Positions 59,761-60,677 of a stretch of 60,677 nucleotides of DNA are shown in pieces. The notes beneath the pieces are model-generated. The model did not search any database and had not been told where the DNA came from. It saw only the letters and a list, made by a program, of their open reading frames with translations. The stretch is from positions 1 through 60,677 of the forward strand of contig JABIWF010000080.1 of the NCBI GenBank assembly GCA_018701175.1. Direction: 5' to 3'. Position 1 is the first letter of the stretch. Each line of letters opens with the position of its first letter. The translations under genes and the position numbers were made by a program. Origin of the DNA: Methanobacteriota archaeon (GTDB taxonomy: Archaea > Thermoplasmatota > Poseidoniia > Poseidoniales > Poseidoniaceae).

Positions 59761-60677
59761 ATGCCTGCTGAAGACACTGTTTTCAATGTCCTGTATGACA
59801 AATATATGTTTTGGAGTATCGTAGTTGGTATCCTCACCTTCGGGTGGATGTTTATCGCTATGCTGCGTTACCGCGACGGCGTAGAACCTGTAGAGAATAT
59901 GGAGAAATACCATATTGAAGTTGGTTCATTCCCTGTTGACAGCCACAACACCAAACTCGAAGTCATGTTCTATGTTTTGCCGACCATTCTGGTGGTTTGG
60001 TTGACAATGATGGCACTTGCTTCAAACACAGCCGTCTGGACCATTCCTGCAGATGAAGACACATTCAACGTCGACATTGTTGGCAAGCAGTGGTTTTGGG
60101 AGTTCCATTACCAAGAGGACTTAACCTGGGAAGATGTATCTTCGAATATCGATGTCAACTGGACTGGCAGCATGCTAATGGTTCACACTCACGGCAGCGA
60201 AGCAACCAACGTCACCGTAGAAATTGATGGCGTTGAAACCGACTATTCAATCGATCTGGCCGCAGAGATGCTCACATTATCGAACATGTATTTCGACCGT
60301 GAACTGCACAGCGTCATTACCGTCTACGATGCTGAAGACCAGTTGCTCCACACATGGGAGCACTTGCCTACCGGCACAATTCTTTCCTCTGCCGGTGGTC
60401 AACACTTGATTATTCCATGCGACGAAAGCATCACCCTTGATTTGTTTTCACGACCGCACACTGATACCAACCCAGCCTACGTTGGAGTCCAGCACGCGTT
60501 CTGGTTACCGGAATGGGGCGTCAAAGAAGATTTAGTGCCCGGGCTTGAGGCTGGAACAGTAATGACGTTCTTCCCTGACGATGCAGGTACATTCCCTATA
60601 CGATGCGCTGAATACTGTGGCCTTGACCACTCAAAGATGATCGGCAACATCGATATCGTTGCTCGTGACGGAAAAAC
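59761..60677 (+). CDS. coxB: Cytochrome c oxidase subunit II (CuA cupredoxin), 3' end cut by window edge, with a large internal insertion
   Basis: Open-ended frame absent from the track. MPAEDTVFNVLYDKYMFWSIVVGILTFGWMFIAM (TM1), LEVMFYVLPTILVVWLTMMAL (TM2), VGKQWFWEFHY, VQHAFWLPEWGVKED, and the CuA ligand motif CAEYCGLDHSKM. Confidence 0.85.
   Translation, partial: MPAEDTVFNVLYDKYMFWSIVVGILTFGWMFIAMLRYRDGVEPVENMEKYHIEVGSFPVDSHNTKLEVMFYVLPTILVVWLTMMALASNTAVWTIPADEDTFNVDIVGKQWFWEFHYQEDLTWEDVSSNIDVNWTGSMLMVHTHGSEATNVTVEIDGVETDYSIDLAAEMLTLSNMYFDRELHSVITVYDAEDQLLHTWEHLPTGTILSSAGGQHLIIPCDESITLDLFSRPHTDTNPAYVGVQHAFWLPEWGVKEDLVPGLEAGTVMTFFPDDAGTFPIRCAEYCGLDHSKMIGNIDIVARDGK

Noticed and set aside
1-60677. 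CRISPR arrays, rRNA genes, IS elements, inteins, reverse transcriptases and toxin-antitoxin pairs
   Set aside because: I scanned for regularly spaced direct repeats, rRNA-like conserved blocks, transposase DDE/HUH motifs, intein blocks in rfc/top6 and RT YxDD motifs, and saw none. The only nucleotide-level repeats are intragenic (1359-1778, 31711-31908, the 4290-4390 simple repeat, and the TSP3 region 38772-39749).

Overview
This is a 60.7-kb, very gene-dense chromosomal segment from an archaeon. I call about 58 protein-coding genes and one tRNA. I found no rRNA, CRISPR array, IS/transposase or prophage hallmark genes. Most intergenic spacers are under 120 nt. The largest gaps are 22565-22804 and 24794-25014. 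Many neighbouring genes share start/stop overlaps. Archaeal origin is supported by TFB (25015-25941), RNA polymerase subunit P (1866-2015, below the ORF-track size cutoff), an RFC clamp-loader subunit, topoisomerase VI B+A (19350-22564), Sec61-beta, a XerA-type recombinase and the archaeal 4-phosphopantoate--beta-alanine ligase. The window also has a CuA cytochrome oxidase subunit II (right edge), very large secreted or anchored proteins (a 1696-aa vWA/CARDB adhesin-like protein and an 1152-aa kexin-like protease) and a PlsC-type acyltransferase. Together these fit an aerobic, particle-degrading planktonic euryarchaeon of the Marine Group II/III type. That taxonomic call is inference only. Housekeeping metabolism includes an aconitase-family hydratase, an IPMDH/IDH-family dehydrogenase, NadC, an NadB/Sdh-type flavoprotein, GcvH, RNase HI, a HIT protein, two sugar nucleotidyltransferases, an NSUN RNA m5C methyltransferase and THEP1 NTPase. 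I could not identify a canonical defence island or any one clear-cut new system. Five things look most worth follow-up. (1) A head-to-tail duplicated beta-grasp, ubiquitin/SAMP-like protein whose two modules each end in QAG (1356-1781). (2) A 6.6-kb neighbourhood rich in DNA-binding and membrane-tether candidates: an HhH + histone-H1-like protein, a tiny basic Cys/His ORF, XerA with an acidic tail, a RimK-TrkA_C glutamate ligase and a SAP-domain membrane protein (31498-38117). (3) Tandem TerB paralogues next to an orphan NPPW DNA methyltransferase (49782-52723). (4) Unexpectedly frequent genome-encoded oligo-Glu C-termini in a genome that also encodes a RimK-like ligase. (5) A bacterial-type PlsC acyltransferase translationally coupled to a HIT protein. 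All family assignments come from reading motifs by eye; no database search was possible.
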